Below, piece by piece: positions 56,201-64,000 of a stretch of 64,000 bases of DNA. The stretch's first letter is position 1. Every line of letters starts with the position of its first letter. The notes under the pieces were generated by a model. The model made no database searches, was not told the origin of the DNA, and saw only the letters and a list, made by a program, of their open reading frames with translations. A program made the translations under genes and the position numbers. Source of the DNA: a virus (taxonomy: Duplodnaviria > Caudoviricetes); IMG/VR virus record IMGVR_UViG_3300028048_003124. The stretch is one strand, 5' to 3'.

Positions 56201-56833
56201 TATTCTTACAGAGTAGAAGAGGTTGACGTACCTGACTACTTTGATGTTAATATCTCTTACGGAACTGTTCCTGTGAAGGTCGCTGATGGCGTAGGTGGTA
56301 TGCCTGATACTTATGCTGATGCTGTAAAGACTACCATTAAAAACACAGAGAAAACTGGTGCAGCTACCTTGCTAAAGGTTAATTCCTCAGATGAGCCTCT
56401 ACCGCAGGTTGGCTTCAAACTATACAGAGTTGAAGGTAATACTGCAAAGTCGGTATCTATTGTAAAGAACGACACAATTGGTAAGTTTGAGTTTACTGGT
56501 TTTGGTGCGTATGATAGTGCTGAGGAAGTATTCACTGGCGATGACGGTAAGGTTTCATTCGATAAACTTCCCTTTGGCGATTACTTCTTACTAGAAACGA
56601 CTACAGCAAACGGGTACATTCCTTTTGAAGATAGAATTGAGTTCTCTATCTCCCCAGATGATCCCGATTTCGAGAACGTTTCTGTTGGTATAGTAAACTC
56701 TAAGTCTATTCTACCAGAGACTGGTGGCATGGGCAACTACATTTTCTATGGTATCGGTGCATTAGCTCTTATTGGAGTTATTGTGTTAGTAATTGTATAT
56801 ATCAAGAAAAAGAATTTCAGAAAGGAGAAATAA
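53288..56833 (+). CDS. LPxTG-anchored SpaA/CnaB-domain adhesin (pilus tip/ancillary pilin)
   Basis: Signal peptide; prealbumin-like/CnaB repeats (GTYYLKE, KIWSDDGDREGVRP, KVWDNNNDASGLQP); LPETG + TM + basic tail. Confidence 0.88.
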   Translation: MTKIFNRSVAIVLSLLVLISLFAVAIPVLAGSVNDPVDDCIDYSSSGRVSITANQDTIWFGQHGDGSWMWFLNGNPGACMSPDKKSRITTGTFTKYYLKNDSNLAKAFFYLLPPLDADGDEIGYDAAKAKSTSGFYLPVEDRQIMNNAHFTHYNLETASTWWDAYEGGGRPSYWRILGAASERIGGDGEDSHELYALAHFLLGRIASGETLGKTYTETDYVLEDLIEVVDMLPDVPEYAKVFYIDGNQGTGESGWYQSFMSAEPRYYFTVQKSSAIPEVSKGNKAYSTKGIRYSVSTSKSDFDPDGNNYIGYIELDKNGFGHSIEGSRPTLSKNLSPGTYYLKESVIPEDCNYEMSDTVYTVKLNSSHTYNQPLEISVTDEPKLCYFDIQKESANPEISDADKDKYSMEGIEYYVSKSNTDFDPNGTNYIGMIKLDKNGYGHSKKGSRTLNELGAGTYYVQEGYIPPSRALYWERSTEVYTITVNTSNTVNQPLHLNVTEVPKVRSASLQIIKKSDNETFTTDNACYSLKGAEFKVYEVKTDDFGKEIPNYEKQVGTTYVTNDSGSIEIPSGVLEVGKKYAIEEKKAPKGFDLYTDKNGNHYIISDTLTTEGCTVTFEEPCKGDPATVKVIKKGSNNKEIPGVIFTVTHFSDPTITTKEQAEAAKNTITRSWDFVTKGNGSFSYSEEYLYEGYTSKYPDYIQGNDSEHGLYYMTQIVDGVEKTSTAFPLGTVMIQEKWAPERYDLDFEPKFINITEDYVEGEPVPFEVTVVDPENKKTVVEARKIWSDDGDREGVRPNKLTVTLYRDGEIYEDVPGGAVQELNDGNNWTYSWGELYEEENIYDENKVYLRKETHKYEVVEEEVEGYYLTRTAKRQIEGGHRWVFYNKHDIAYKPLVINKVWDNNNDASGLQPDEVKVKVFRISDSGEELLTKDDKHNAVGDNGIITLSKNTETPYQFVIKDLYKYYGGGKEYSYRVEEVDVPDYFDVNISYGTVPVKVADGVGGMPDTYADAVKTTIKNTEKTGAATLLKVNSSDEPLPQVGFKLYRVEGNTAKSVSIVKNDTIGKFEFTGFGAYDSAEEVFTGDDGKVSFDKLPFGDYFLLETTTANGYIPFEDRIEFSISPDDPDFENVSVGIVNSKSILPETGGMGNYIFYGIGALALIGVIVLVIVYIKKKNFRKEK

Positions 56834-56839
56834 GTCTTT

Positions 56840-58414
56840 ATGAAGAAGATTTTTGTTTCGCTGATGGCTATTCTTATGGTAGCCATGATGATGTTTTCCG
56901 CTGTAAGTGTCAGCGCAGGTACTGAGACCGCTAAGCTTGACACCAACACCAAGGTGGGTTTTGTAGGCAACTGTGACAAAGAGGGGTACACTTTCAATGT
57001 GTACAAGATTGCTGATCTGAACAAGTTTAATTATGGTATCAAGTTTGATAGCAAAATTAACGATGCTGATGTAAAGGCAGCTATTGCAGCAGGTTCTGAC
57101 TATGACAAGTGGCACAATGGTGCAACTAATACTGCTGAAGTCCTGACTAACAATCAGGCTACTCAGGATCTTCTTGATGCCCTTGATGCTCTCCCCGAGA
57201 GCTCGCTCGGCGGTATTGTAGATACTTTTACTTCTACTGATACTGTTAAGTCTAAGGAGTTTAAGAACCTTACTCAGGGTATCTACTATGTTCGTGCAGT
57301 AAACTTCCCTGCTGGCGTTAAGGCTGTCACCAACTCCGTATTTGCTCTGCCTTACTACACTGAGGAGACTGGTTGGGTGTACACCATTCCTGCTATTCCG
57401 CTTGCAGCTAAGGTACTTGATGAAGTTCCCGAGAACCACAAGATTATCACTAATTCTACTCGCAACAGCGAAGAGTATTCCGATAACTCCCTCGGTGATG
57501 TCATCAATTATCAGGTAACTACCGATGTTGTTGGTACTGTAAATCCTGTTGAGTCTCACAACTTCAAGCTCAACAGCTATGTACTTACCGATATCATGTC
57601 TAAGGGTCTTACCTTTGATAAGAACTCTGTAGGCATTAAGATTACCAAGGAAGACGGTACTGTCGTAGAGACTCTTAAGAATTCCGACTTTACTGTTGAG
57701 GCTACTGGAGCTGCAGGTCAGGCTACTAACATCAAGATTTCTCTGACCAAGGATTATCTCCAGAAGAACAGCTTCTACGGTGGAGATAAGGTAGTTTATA
57801 CCTATACTGGTACTCTGAATGAGTATGCCGTTCTTGGCAAAGAGGGTAACCCCAACGAAGATGTTAAGCTCGAGTACTCCAATAAGAATGACGTAAAGGG
57901 CGAAGTTCCAGGTAATACCGTATGGGTATACACTTGGGGTATTGAGCTTGAGAAGTATGATGAGACAGGTACCAACGTACTTGGTGGCGCAGACTTCTCT
58001 CTGTATGCGACTAAGGCTGATGCCCAGAACAATACCAACGTTCTCGGCACTGGTACTTCTACCGCAGCAGGTAAGGTAACCTTTAGAAATGCAGAAGGCA
58101 AGGAAGTTAAGCTCGAAAGTGGTACTTACTACGCAATCGAGACTAAGGCTCCCACTGGTTACAACCGTTATACTGATCCGATCGAGATCAAGATTGACGT
58201 AACTTATGACAGCCAGTTCAACGCAACCGCTAAGACTTGGGTAAAGAATGCTCCTGAGATCGGTAAGGCTGTTGTTGGAGTAAACAACTCTAAGTCTATT
58301 CTTCCCCAGACTGGTGGTATGGGTGATATGCCCATGTACATCATCGGTGTTGTTGCACTGATGTTTGCGGGAGTTGCGATTCTGTTCTATAAGAAGAGAA
58401 AGGCGCAGAACTAA
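56840..58414 (+). CDS. LPxTG-anchored major (backbone) pilin, SpaH/EbpC type
   Basis: Signal peptide; isopeptide D2-domain pattern (GDVINYQV...TDIMSKGLTF); E-box YYAIETKAPTGY; LPQTG + TM + basic tail. Confidence 0.88.
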   Translation: MKKIFVSLMAILMVAMMMFSAVSVSAGTETAKLDTNTKVGFVGNCDKEGYTFNVYKIADLNKFNYGIKFDSKINDADVKAAIAAGSDYDKWHNGATNTAEVLTNNQATQDLLDALDALPESSLGGIVDTFTSTDTVKSKEFKNLTQGIYYVRAVNFPAGVKAVTNSVFALPYYTEETGWVYTIPAIPLAAKVLDEVPENHKIITNSTRNSEEYSDNSLGDVINYQVTTDVVGTVNPVESHNFKLNSYVLTDIMSKGLTFDKNSVGIKITKEDGTVVETLKNSDFTVEATGAAGQATNIKISLTKDYLQKNSFYGGDKVVYTYTGTLNEYAVLGKEGNPNEDVKLEYSNKNDVKGEVPGNTVWVYTWGIELEKYDETGTNVLGGADFSLYATKADAQNNTNVLGTGTSTAAGKVTFRNAEGKEVKLESGTYYAIETKAPTGYNRYTDPIEIKIDVTYDSQFNATAKTWVKNAPEIGKAVVGVNNSKSILPQTGGMGDMPMYIIGVVALMFAGVAILFYKKRKAQN

Positions 58415-58505
58415 TAAAATATAATCTAATGCTACAGTTTCCCTAGTTTTGCCGATACAATAGGGTAAACTGATATGTGTGGGTTATAATATACTTCCTA
58501 TTTGA

Positions 58506-58541
58506 GTGACAGGGTTGTAGTAATACAGCCCTGTCATTTTT
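58506..58541 (+). terminator. Intrinsic terminator
   Basis: GTGACAGGGTTGTA / TACAGCCCTGTCAT stem followed by TTTT. Confidence 0.8.
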
Positions 58542-58803
58542 GATAGGTTTAATGGTAGTTTATAGTAAAAAAAATATAATACTTTTAATCTTTATGTTGA
58601 TTATATAATTTTTGTTTTAGGTGATGAAAGATAGTCATTAAATAATTATAGATTGAGTATTCAATTAAAGTAAATGTTTTAAATTTTTGGTATATTTTCT
58701 TTAGTTGAGTATTTAATCTTGTGTAAAATGTTTAAGGTTGCTTATGTTGGTGTTGTTGCAAAGATGAGTTACATAGACACTCGTATAAATACCAGAAAGG
58801 ATA

Positions 58804-61200
58804 ATGTTTATGAGGAGATTTTTAAGTATTTTAATGGCTGTGGTGCTGTGTATTTCAGTATTGTCTGTTGGAGTTGTATCAGTTTCAGCAGCAAATGAGG
58901 GTACAGCAGCATCAACGAATAAGTATGCAAAACCAACAGGTTTTGATTGGTCTATCGAGTCGGGTATTGCTTGGGCAACGGTAGACACAAAGGTATATAA
59001 AAAGGCTTCAACAAGTAGTGATGTATCATTTACTCTTTCAAAAGAGAAGCCAGTAATAATTAAGTCAGCCGTCAATAATAATTGGTGGTATATTGATTAT
59101 TATGGCAGCGAAGGGTATGTACAGAACGTATATTTCCTTGTAGATTTGTGGGATTGCTTTATTCCAGCGGGTAGGACTGCAGACCATCATGGTGTGTATG
59201 CAGATATTACAAATAACTATAAGAATATATACACATATAGGTTTAAAAATAATACTCACAAGTATTTATATGGTTCCTCTAGAGGAAGACTGTATGATTG
59301 GGATCAGCAGTTTATACCAGTAAATTATCATACTGCTGTAATGATTGGTAAGGCGAAGGCAGCATTACCAAGCAAGCTGAGACTAAAGATTTATGATATG
59401 TACAGACCATATAGTGTATCTAAAAAGGTAGCAGCTTAGTTTGATAAGATTATAAATTCTGGAGATTACAATCTTAATGGTGCAAACAAGGGTGACTTAC
59501 TATCTCAGTTACTATCTTTCCACAATACTGGTTCTGCTCTTGACGTAACATTAACAGATGTTAATGGAAACGAGTGGGGTTATAGTATAAATGGTAAAGA
59601 AGCCACTAAGAGTAGAATACACGAGTTATCGGGTAATGCTAGTGTTTCTCAGAATTTAAATTTAAGTAAAAAGATTTACGATGGCGAGACTCTATCCTAT
59701 TGGTTAAATTATGCTTTTATGAAGAAAGCAGGTATGCAGGGACTACGTTCTGAGTGGTGGCATTTCCAGGATAGTGTGTCGAGAGATGCTATAGCAAAAG
59801 CGGCTGGAGTGTACTATGGTTACTATACAAGCGGTGGATACTGGTCTGGAACTGGTAGTTTAGCCAATTGGAGTTCTTCTAAAGCATTGAAGAATATTGC
59901 TCAGACTATTGAACCTTATTATAATACTCCAAAAGTTTCAGCTGTTGTAAACAATGGAAACGTAAAGGTAAGTTGGAGTAACGTTGGTGCACCTTACTAT
60001 CGTTTGTATAAAAAGGTAAACGGCTCTTGGAAGGGTATCTTAGATACAAAGAGCACATCTTATGTTGATAAGGATATTAAACCAGATACCACAGAGCAGT
60101 ATACTGTAAGAGCTCTGTATTCCGATAAGGAGTGGGCATCTGAGTTTAAACCTCTTACTGTAATCATTTATGAAGATCCAGTAATGAGTGGAATTTCCTC
60201 TACATCAGAAGGCTTAAAGCTTACATGGAAGCCAATCTCTGGTCTAACAATAAGAGCTTTTTATAAAAATAAGAGCGGTTCATGGGTGAGACTGGGCGAT
60301 AGTACCAATGGTGTTATAAACGATATTGGTGTAGCTATTGGTGAAAGCAGAACATACACATTAAGATGGGTTGGATCTGACGGAAATTATGTATCTGGTC
60401 ATAGTGTACAGGGATGGAGCGCAACAAGATCTTTTATTGCTCCTAAGTTAAGCAGCGAGTATGTATATAGAAGTAAGATAAAAGATGGAGATGGTGGATA
60501 CTATGATCTGAGTAAATACATCGCCTTAGAAGGTATAACTGGTGCAGAGGGTGAGACAGTTTATGTAAGGAAAAACAAGACTGGATCCTTTGTGAAGTTA
60601 GATAGTTCTTTATACCAGTACTTTGCAAAATATAAGGTAGATGGTGCAGATGAAGACTATCGTCCATGTATCGTAATACCTGAGAGCGGTTTAAATGATG
60701 CATTTGGTGTAGATAAGAATGGCGATACAATTTTCCAGTTTAGAACAGGGTATGTTATAAACGGTAAAAGCTACTATTCTAAAGCTACAACTGTAACATT
60801 AAAGCATGATTATGTAGAGTCTGCTAAGTTTGTATATGACTATCATGGTAGTTATGTGGTGATGGAGTGTGGCGATAGGCGGAGCGATATAAGTACTGCT
60901 ATAGCTAAAAGGGATTTAATTGTTGTTTCAAATCCTTACAGAGGTGATAAAGAGGCTCCAAATCCATATTTAACAACTTGTAAGTATGTAGCCTATATAC
61001 CCGTAGATAGTATAAACCAATACTGTAAAGTGTACAATCTGTGTCTACCGTTGGTAGGAGATACTTTAGAAAGTCTGTCTTTTGCTGAGGATGGAGAGAC
61101 AGTGTATAAGCAGATACAGGGTATAGATGAGAGAGTTACGCTAAATATTGACTTAGGTCACTACATAAACCCACCCAGTGGTTACGAGTTAAACAAGTAA
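58804..61200 (+). pseudogene. Secreted SH3b + M15 (VanX-like D-Ala-D-Ala peptidase) + FN3 protein interrupted by a single in-frame TAG at 59437-59439
   Basis: Signal peptide; SH3b (WWYIDYYGSEGYV); LKIYDMYRP. After the TAG the same frame continues FDKII...SFHNTGSALDVTL...EWWHF and joins ORF 59719-61200 (93 codons later, in frame). Confidence 0.8.
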
Positions 61201-61211
61201 TTTGTGAAGAG

Positions 61212-61248
61212 ATGTCCGTAGGCTATAATAAGTCTACGGACATTTTTT
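61212..61248 (+). terminator. Intrinsic terminator
   Basis: ATGTCCGTAGGCT / AGTCTACGGACAT stem followed by TTTTT. Confidence 0.8.
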
Positions 61249-61488
61249 ATGATTTAATATAAGGTAAGAGCACGCTTAAACCCATGTAGATGTGGTAGTT
61301 TAAGCTGTGTTTTATTTTTTGATTATTGATGGCGTTAGTGAGATGTTAGTATTATATACATATTTTTTCTAGATGCTTCTTTTTATTATTAGTTATTCTT
61401 ATACCGTTAAGTGTGTGAGTATAGCAAATAAAAAAGGTTGTAGTGTGGCTATTTTGTGAGCCTACACAAACAGGAAAGAGGTTTTAAT

Positions 61489-61734
61489 ATGGATAATGAC
61501 TACAATAAGCGTGAAAACAAGGATGTAGAAAAGGAGAAGTCTGCTAGAAAGAAAAGACTTTGGTGTTACAGGGTAATCGCTCTTTTAGGGCTTATTGCGA
61601 TTATTCTTATTCTTATTTTTAAGCCTGTTCATTGTGATTGCGATTGCGATGAAAAGGTATCTAAGTATATTTCTTCTCAGGTATCTTCTCAGCAGAGCGT
61701 AGAGCCTACTGCTCCTCTTGGGACAGAAGGTTAA
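61489..61734 (+). CDS. Small single-pass membrane protein with CxCxC motif
   Basis: YRVIALLGLIAIILILIFKPVHCDCDC. Confidence 0.7.
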   Translation: MDNDYNKRENKDVEKEKSARKKRLWCYRVIALLGLIAIILILIFKPVHCDCDCDEKVSKYISSQVSSQQSVEPTAPLGTEG

Positions 61735-61771
61735 GCCAACTAACTAATAGGCTTAGTTAGGAGGCTAAGAT

Positions 61772-62383
61772 ATGGAAAAAGATAAGAAGAGATACTATGA
61801 TCAGTATGATAACGAGATCTCAAAGAAAGAATGGGTAATCACCATTCTATATCGAGTGCTTGTGTTGGTACTGATTATTGTAGCAATTTTGTTGGCATGG
61901 TTCAGAACCTGTCACTGTAATTGTACATTTATTGACGAAAAAACTGGTCTACCTTGGGATGATGATATCTCTTGGGGTGATGATAGTAAAACAGCTGACC
62001 AGCAAGCCTTGAACGATAAAGTAGCAGAGGGTATGATTACAGTATCTGTAAATGCTGATCCTGTTTTTGAAAACAAGAAAAGCAAGGGTAGTTTCAATTT
62101 TGAGAATTATGCAGGAAACAACGATCATGCTGGAAATATTCGTCCGATTATGATAGAAGTATATCTGAAGAGTGATATCGACAAGGGCGATAAATCCAAT
62201 CCGCTGTATAAGTCTGGAAAAATTCCTGTTGGTGCGAAAATTGAGGCAGCAGCATTAAATGGTGATACTTCAAAGATTGGTAAGGGTGACTATGCCTGTG
62301 TAGCCTATTTTAATTCGTTGAATGAAAACGACGAAGTAGTGGGTACAGCAGGAGCAGAGTGTACCTTACATATTAAGAATTAG
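61772..62383 (+). CDS. Membrane-anchored Ig-like (chaperone/anchor-like) protein
   Basis: N-terminal TM followed by CHCNC; beta-rich domain ITVSVNADPVF...LYKSGKIPVG...GDYACVAYF. Confidence 0.7.
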   Translation: MEKDKKRYYDQYDNEISKKEWVITILYRVLVLVLIIVAILLAWFRTCHCNCTFIDEKTGLPWDDDISWGDDSKTADQQALNDKVAEGMITVSVNADPVFENKKSKGSFNFENYAGNNDHAGNIRPIMIEVYLKSDIDKGDKSNPLYKSGKIPVGAKIEAAALNGDTSKIGKGDYACVAYFNSLNENDEVVGTAGAECTLHIKN

Positions 62384-62477
62384 TTTGGTTTTCGTTACAG
62401 CCAGTTTGCGTAAGATCAATGGTATGTTCCTTGTAACGAAGAAAATATAATATTTTAAAAGGAGAGTGCATAGCACT

Positions 62478-63041
62478 ATGAAAAAGGTAATTTCTATTTT
62501 GCTTGCGGTAATGATGGTACTTGCTGTTACAGCTGTTTCGGCTAGTGCTGAGATTACCACCTCTGGCGGATCTGACACAACTCGTGTTGAGCTTACATAC
62601 GGTACTGATACCGATGGAGACGATGTTGTCGACCACGGTGCTAATTTCCGTGTAACTGTTCCGACTGTTATCCCCTATACCGTTGATTCTGATGGCAATG
62701 TAACCACTGCTAATAATCTGAAGATTCAGAACCTTTGCAATGGTCAGGTTGATGTTACTGCTGTTCATGCAGATACCGTGAATGGTTGGCAGCTTGTTGC
62801 CAACGGTACTGATTTCAAGACCGTTCCTGTTGATTCTAAGCAGTTCACAATGACTCTGAATGGTGACAATTTCGGCGCAGGTACTTCGGTTGATCTGGCT
62901 CTTGGTTCTGCGTGGACTACTATTAACGGTCAGAGTGAGCTTCCGCTGACTTACAGTGGTGATTTTGCTGTTCAGTCCGAGGCTATTACGAGCGGTCATA
63001 TTGCTAACGTAATCTTTACTTGTGCTTGGCATACTGCGTAA
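62478..63041 (+). CDS. Secreted single-domain WxL-like surface protein
   Basis: Signal peptide (AVSASA); FRVTVPTVIPYTVDSDGNV...TDFKTVPVDSKQF...YSGDFAVQSEA...VIFTCAW. Confidence 0.75.
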   Translation: MKKVISILLAVMMVLAVTAVSASAEITTSGGSDTTRVELTYGTDTDGDDVVDHGANFRVTVPTVIPYTVDSDGNVTTANNLKIQNLCNGQVDVTAVHADTVNGWQLVANGTDFKTVPVDSKQFTMTLNGDNFGAGTSVDLALGSAWTTINGQSELPLTYSGDFAVQSEAITSGHIANVIFTCAWHTA

Positions 63042-63052
63042 AGTAATGTAAT

Positions 63053-63100
63053 TAAAGCCTACTACTGATGGTTTAGGAACGCCATAGTGGTAGGCTTTAT
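63053..63100 (+). terminator. Intrinsic terminator / intergenic stem
   Basis: TAAAGCCTACTACT / AGTGGTAGGCTTTA stem. Confidence 0.65.
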
Positions 63101-63124
63101 TATTAAAATAATAAGGAGTGAATT

Positions 63125-64000
63125 ATGTTTAAACGGATTTTATGTTTAAGTATTGCAGTTGTGATGGTTTTGTCATTAGCGGTAGTCAATACTTATGCAG
63201 AGGGTAATGACATTAATAATTCTGGCAATAGTGGAACATCTGTTGTAACTTTAGATACTTCTAGCAAGTCTTTCAGAGTTACTGTTCCGTCTGTATTGCC
63301 TATTATTGTAGATAGCGATAATAATGTTACAGTTAGTAACAATTCTGTAATTAAGAATTTAAGCGATGGACCAGTAGAAGTAACAAATGTGTCAGTAGAG
63401 GGTATGAATGGGTGGAGTTTAGTACCTTTTAACACTGATTTTACTAAGGTTCCAGTAGACACCAAGCAGTACGGTATGATTATGCAGGGTGTTGATGTAA
63501 CAGAGGGTGTACCTGCAACAGCTTTTGATATTATCCCAGGTAGTGGTAATTTAAAAGTTACCTACAATGGTAATGTTGCAATTCAGAGCGAGGCATATAA
63601 TCAGTTAGATATCGGTCATGTAGTATTTACTGTTGCTTGGAACAATGGACAAAGATTAGATCCTAATGACATTACATATGCTGTTGAGAATGAATATGTT
63701 GCAGCATATATGAGCGCACCAGCATATAATAAAAATGATTATTCGTATTCATACATGACCGAATATATTAACGCAACAGGTGGCGCATTTGGCAGACCAG
63801 CATCAGGAACGTTATCAGCACCAGAAGGAGCAACAAAGATTACAGTAACCAGTCAAACAGACGGTAAATCATTTACTAAGTCGATAAGCGGAGACTCTGT
63901 AACTGTTGACTCTCTGATTCCAGGTGTCGAATACAATTACCAGATGTTCGACTCTTCAAACGAAGTGGTGAAGTCAGGTAGAATTGTTCCTACGGGAAAA
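63125..64000 (+). CDS. Secreted protein with N-terminal WxL-like domain, 3'-truncated by the window edge (not in the ORF track)
   Basis: SD AAGGAG; MFKRILCLSIAVVMV...FRVTVPSVLPIIVDSDNNV...TDFTKVPVDTKQYG...YNGNVAIQSEA...VVFTVAW; frame is open to the window end. Confidence 0.85.
   Translation, partial: MFKRILCLSIAVVMVLSLAVVNTYAEGNDINNSGNSGTSVVTLDTSSKSFRVTVPSVLPIIVDSDNNVTVSNNSVIKNLSDGPVEVTNVSVEGMNGWSLVPFNTDFTKVPVDTKQYGMIMQGVDVTEGVPATAFDIIPGSGNLKVTYNGNVAIQSEAYNQLDIGHVVFTVAWNNGQRLDPNDITYAVENEYVAAYMSAPAYNKNDYSYSYMTEYINATGGAFGRPASGTLSAPEGATKITVTSQTDGKSFTKSISGDSVTVDSLIPGVEYNYQMFDSSNEVVKSGRIVPTGK

Noticed and set aside
58804-61200. Vancomycin resistance gene vanX
   Set aside because: The protein is secreted and multidomain, with no vanH/vanA/vanRS context; only the M15 fold is shared.
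757-63465. All minus-strand ORFs in the track
   Set aside because: They are antisense shadows of + strand genes, with low-complexity Ser/Leu/Phe-rich translations and no recognisable motifs.

Overview
64 kb of a large AT-rich, strongly G-over-C-skewed element on which every credible gene lies on the + strand. It is most likely a giant extrachromosomal element (jumbo phage or megaplasmid) of a gut Firmicute, probably Ruminococcus-like given its dockerin and FN3 surface proteins. No capsid, terminase or relaxase gene was recognised, so phage versus plasmid is unresolved. Layout: (1) 1-3.2 kb, a repair/replication block (Mre11/SbcD nuclease, beta-clamp-like protein, C-terminal half of a split Rad50/SbcC). 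(2) 3.3-10.7 kb, three degenerate AbiEii-like nucleotidyltransferase paralogues, a free-standing splice-dead intein (Hint + LAGLIDADG) and hypotheticals. (3) 10.8-21.9 kb, two tandem modules, each an SF2 helicase followed by an array of proteins built from a ~55-60 aa repeat with a shared C-terminal tag; this is the best candidate for a new system. (4) 22-29 kb, small paralogous ORF families and RNase HI. (5) 29.7-36.2 kb, a 1463-aa FtsK/HerA/VirD4-type ATPase with a partner gene, and a J-domain protein. (6) 36.4-38.5 kb, an RNA island with a ~920-nt highly structured ncRNA directly upstream of tRNA-Leu(UAG), plus further structured segments. (7) 29-41 kb, five intergenic clusters of a phased TATTAGAnnnTAGAAG motif. 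(8) An HTH regulator and a UvrD/PcrA helicase. (9) 46-64 kb, a cell-surface island: dockerin-FN3 protein, LRR adhesin, lipoprotein, LPxTG pilins, an SH3-M15(VanX-like)-FN3 peptidase split by one in-frame TAG, and three secreted proteins sharing a WxL-like domain. All family assignments come from motifs recognised by eye; no database search was run.
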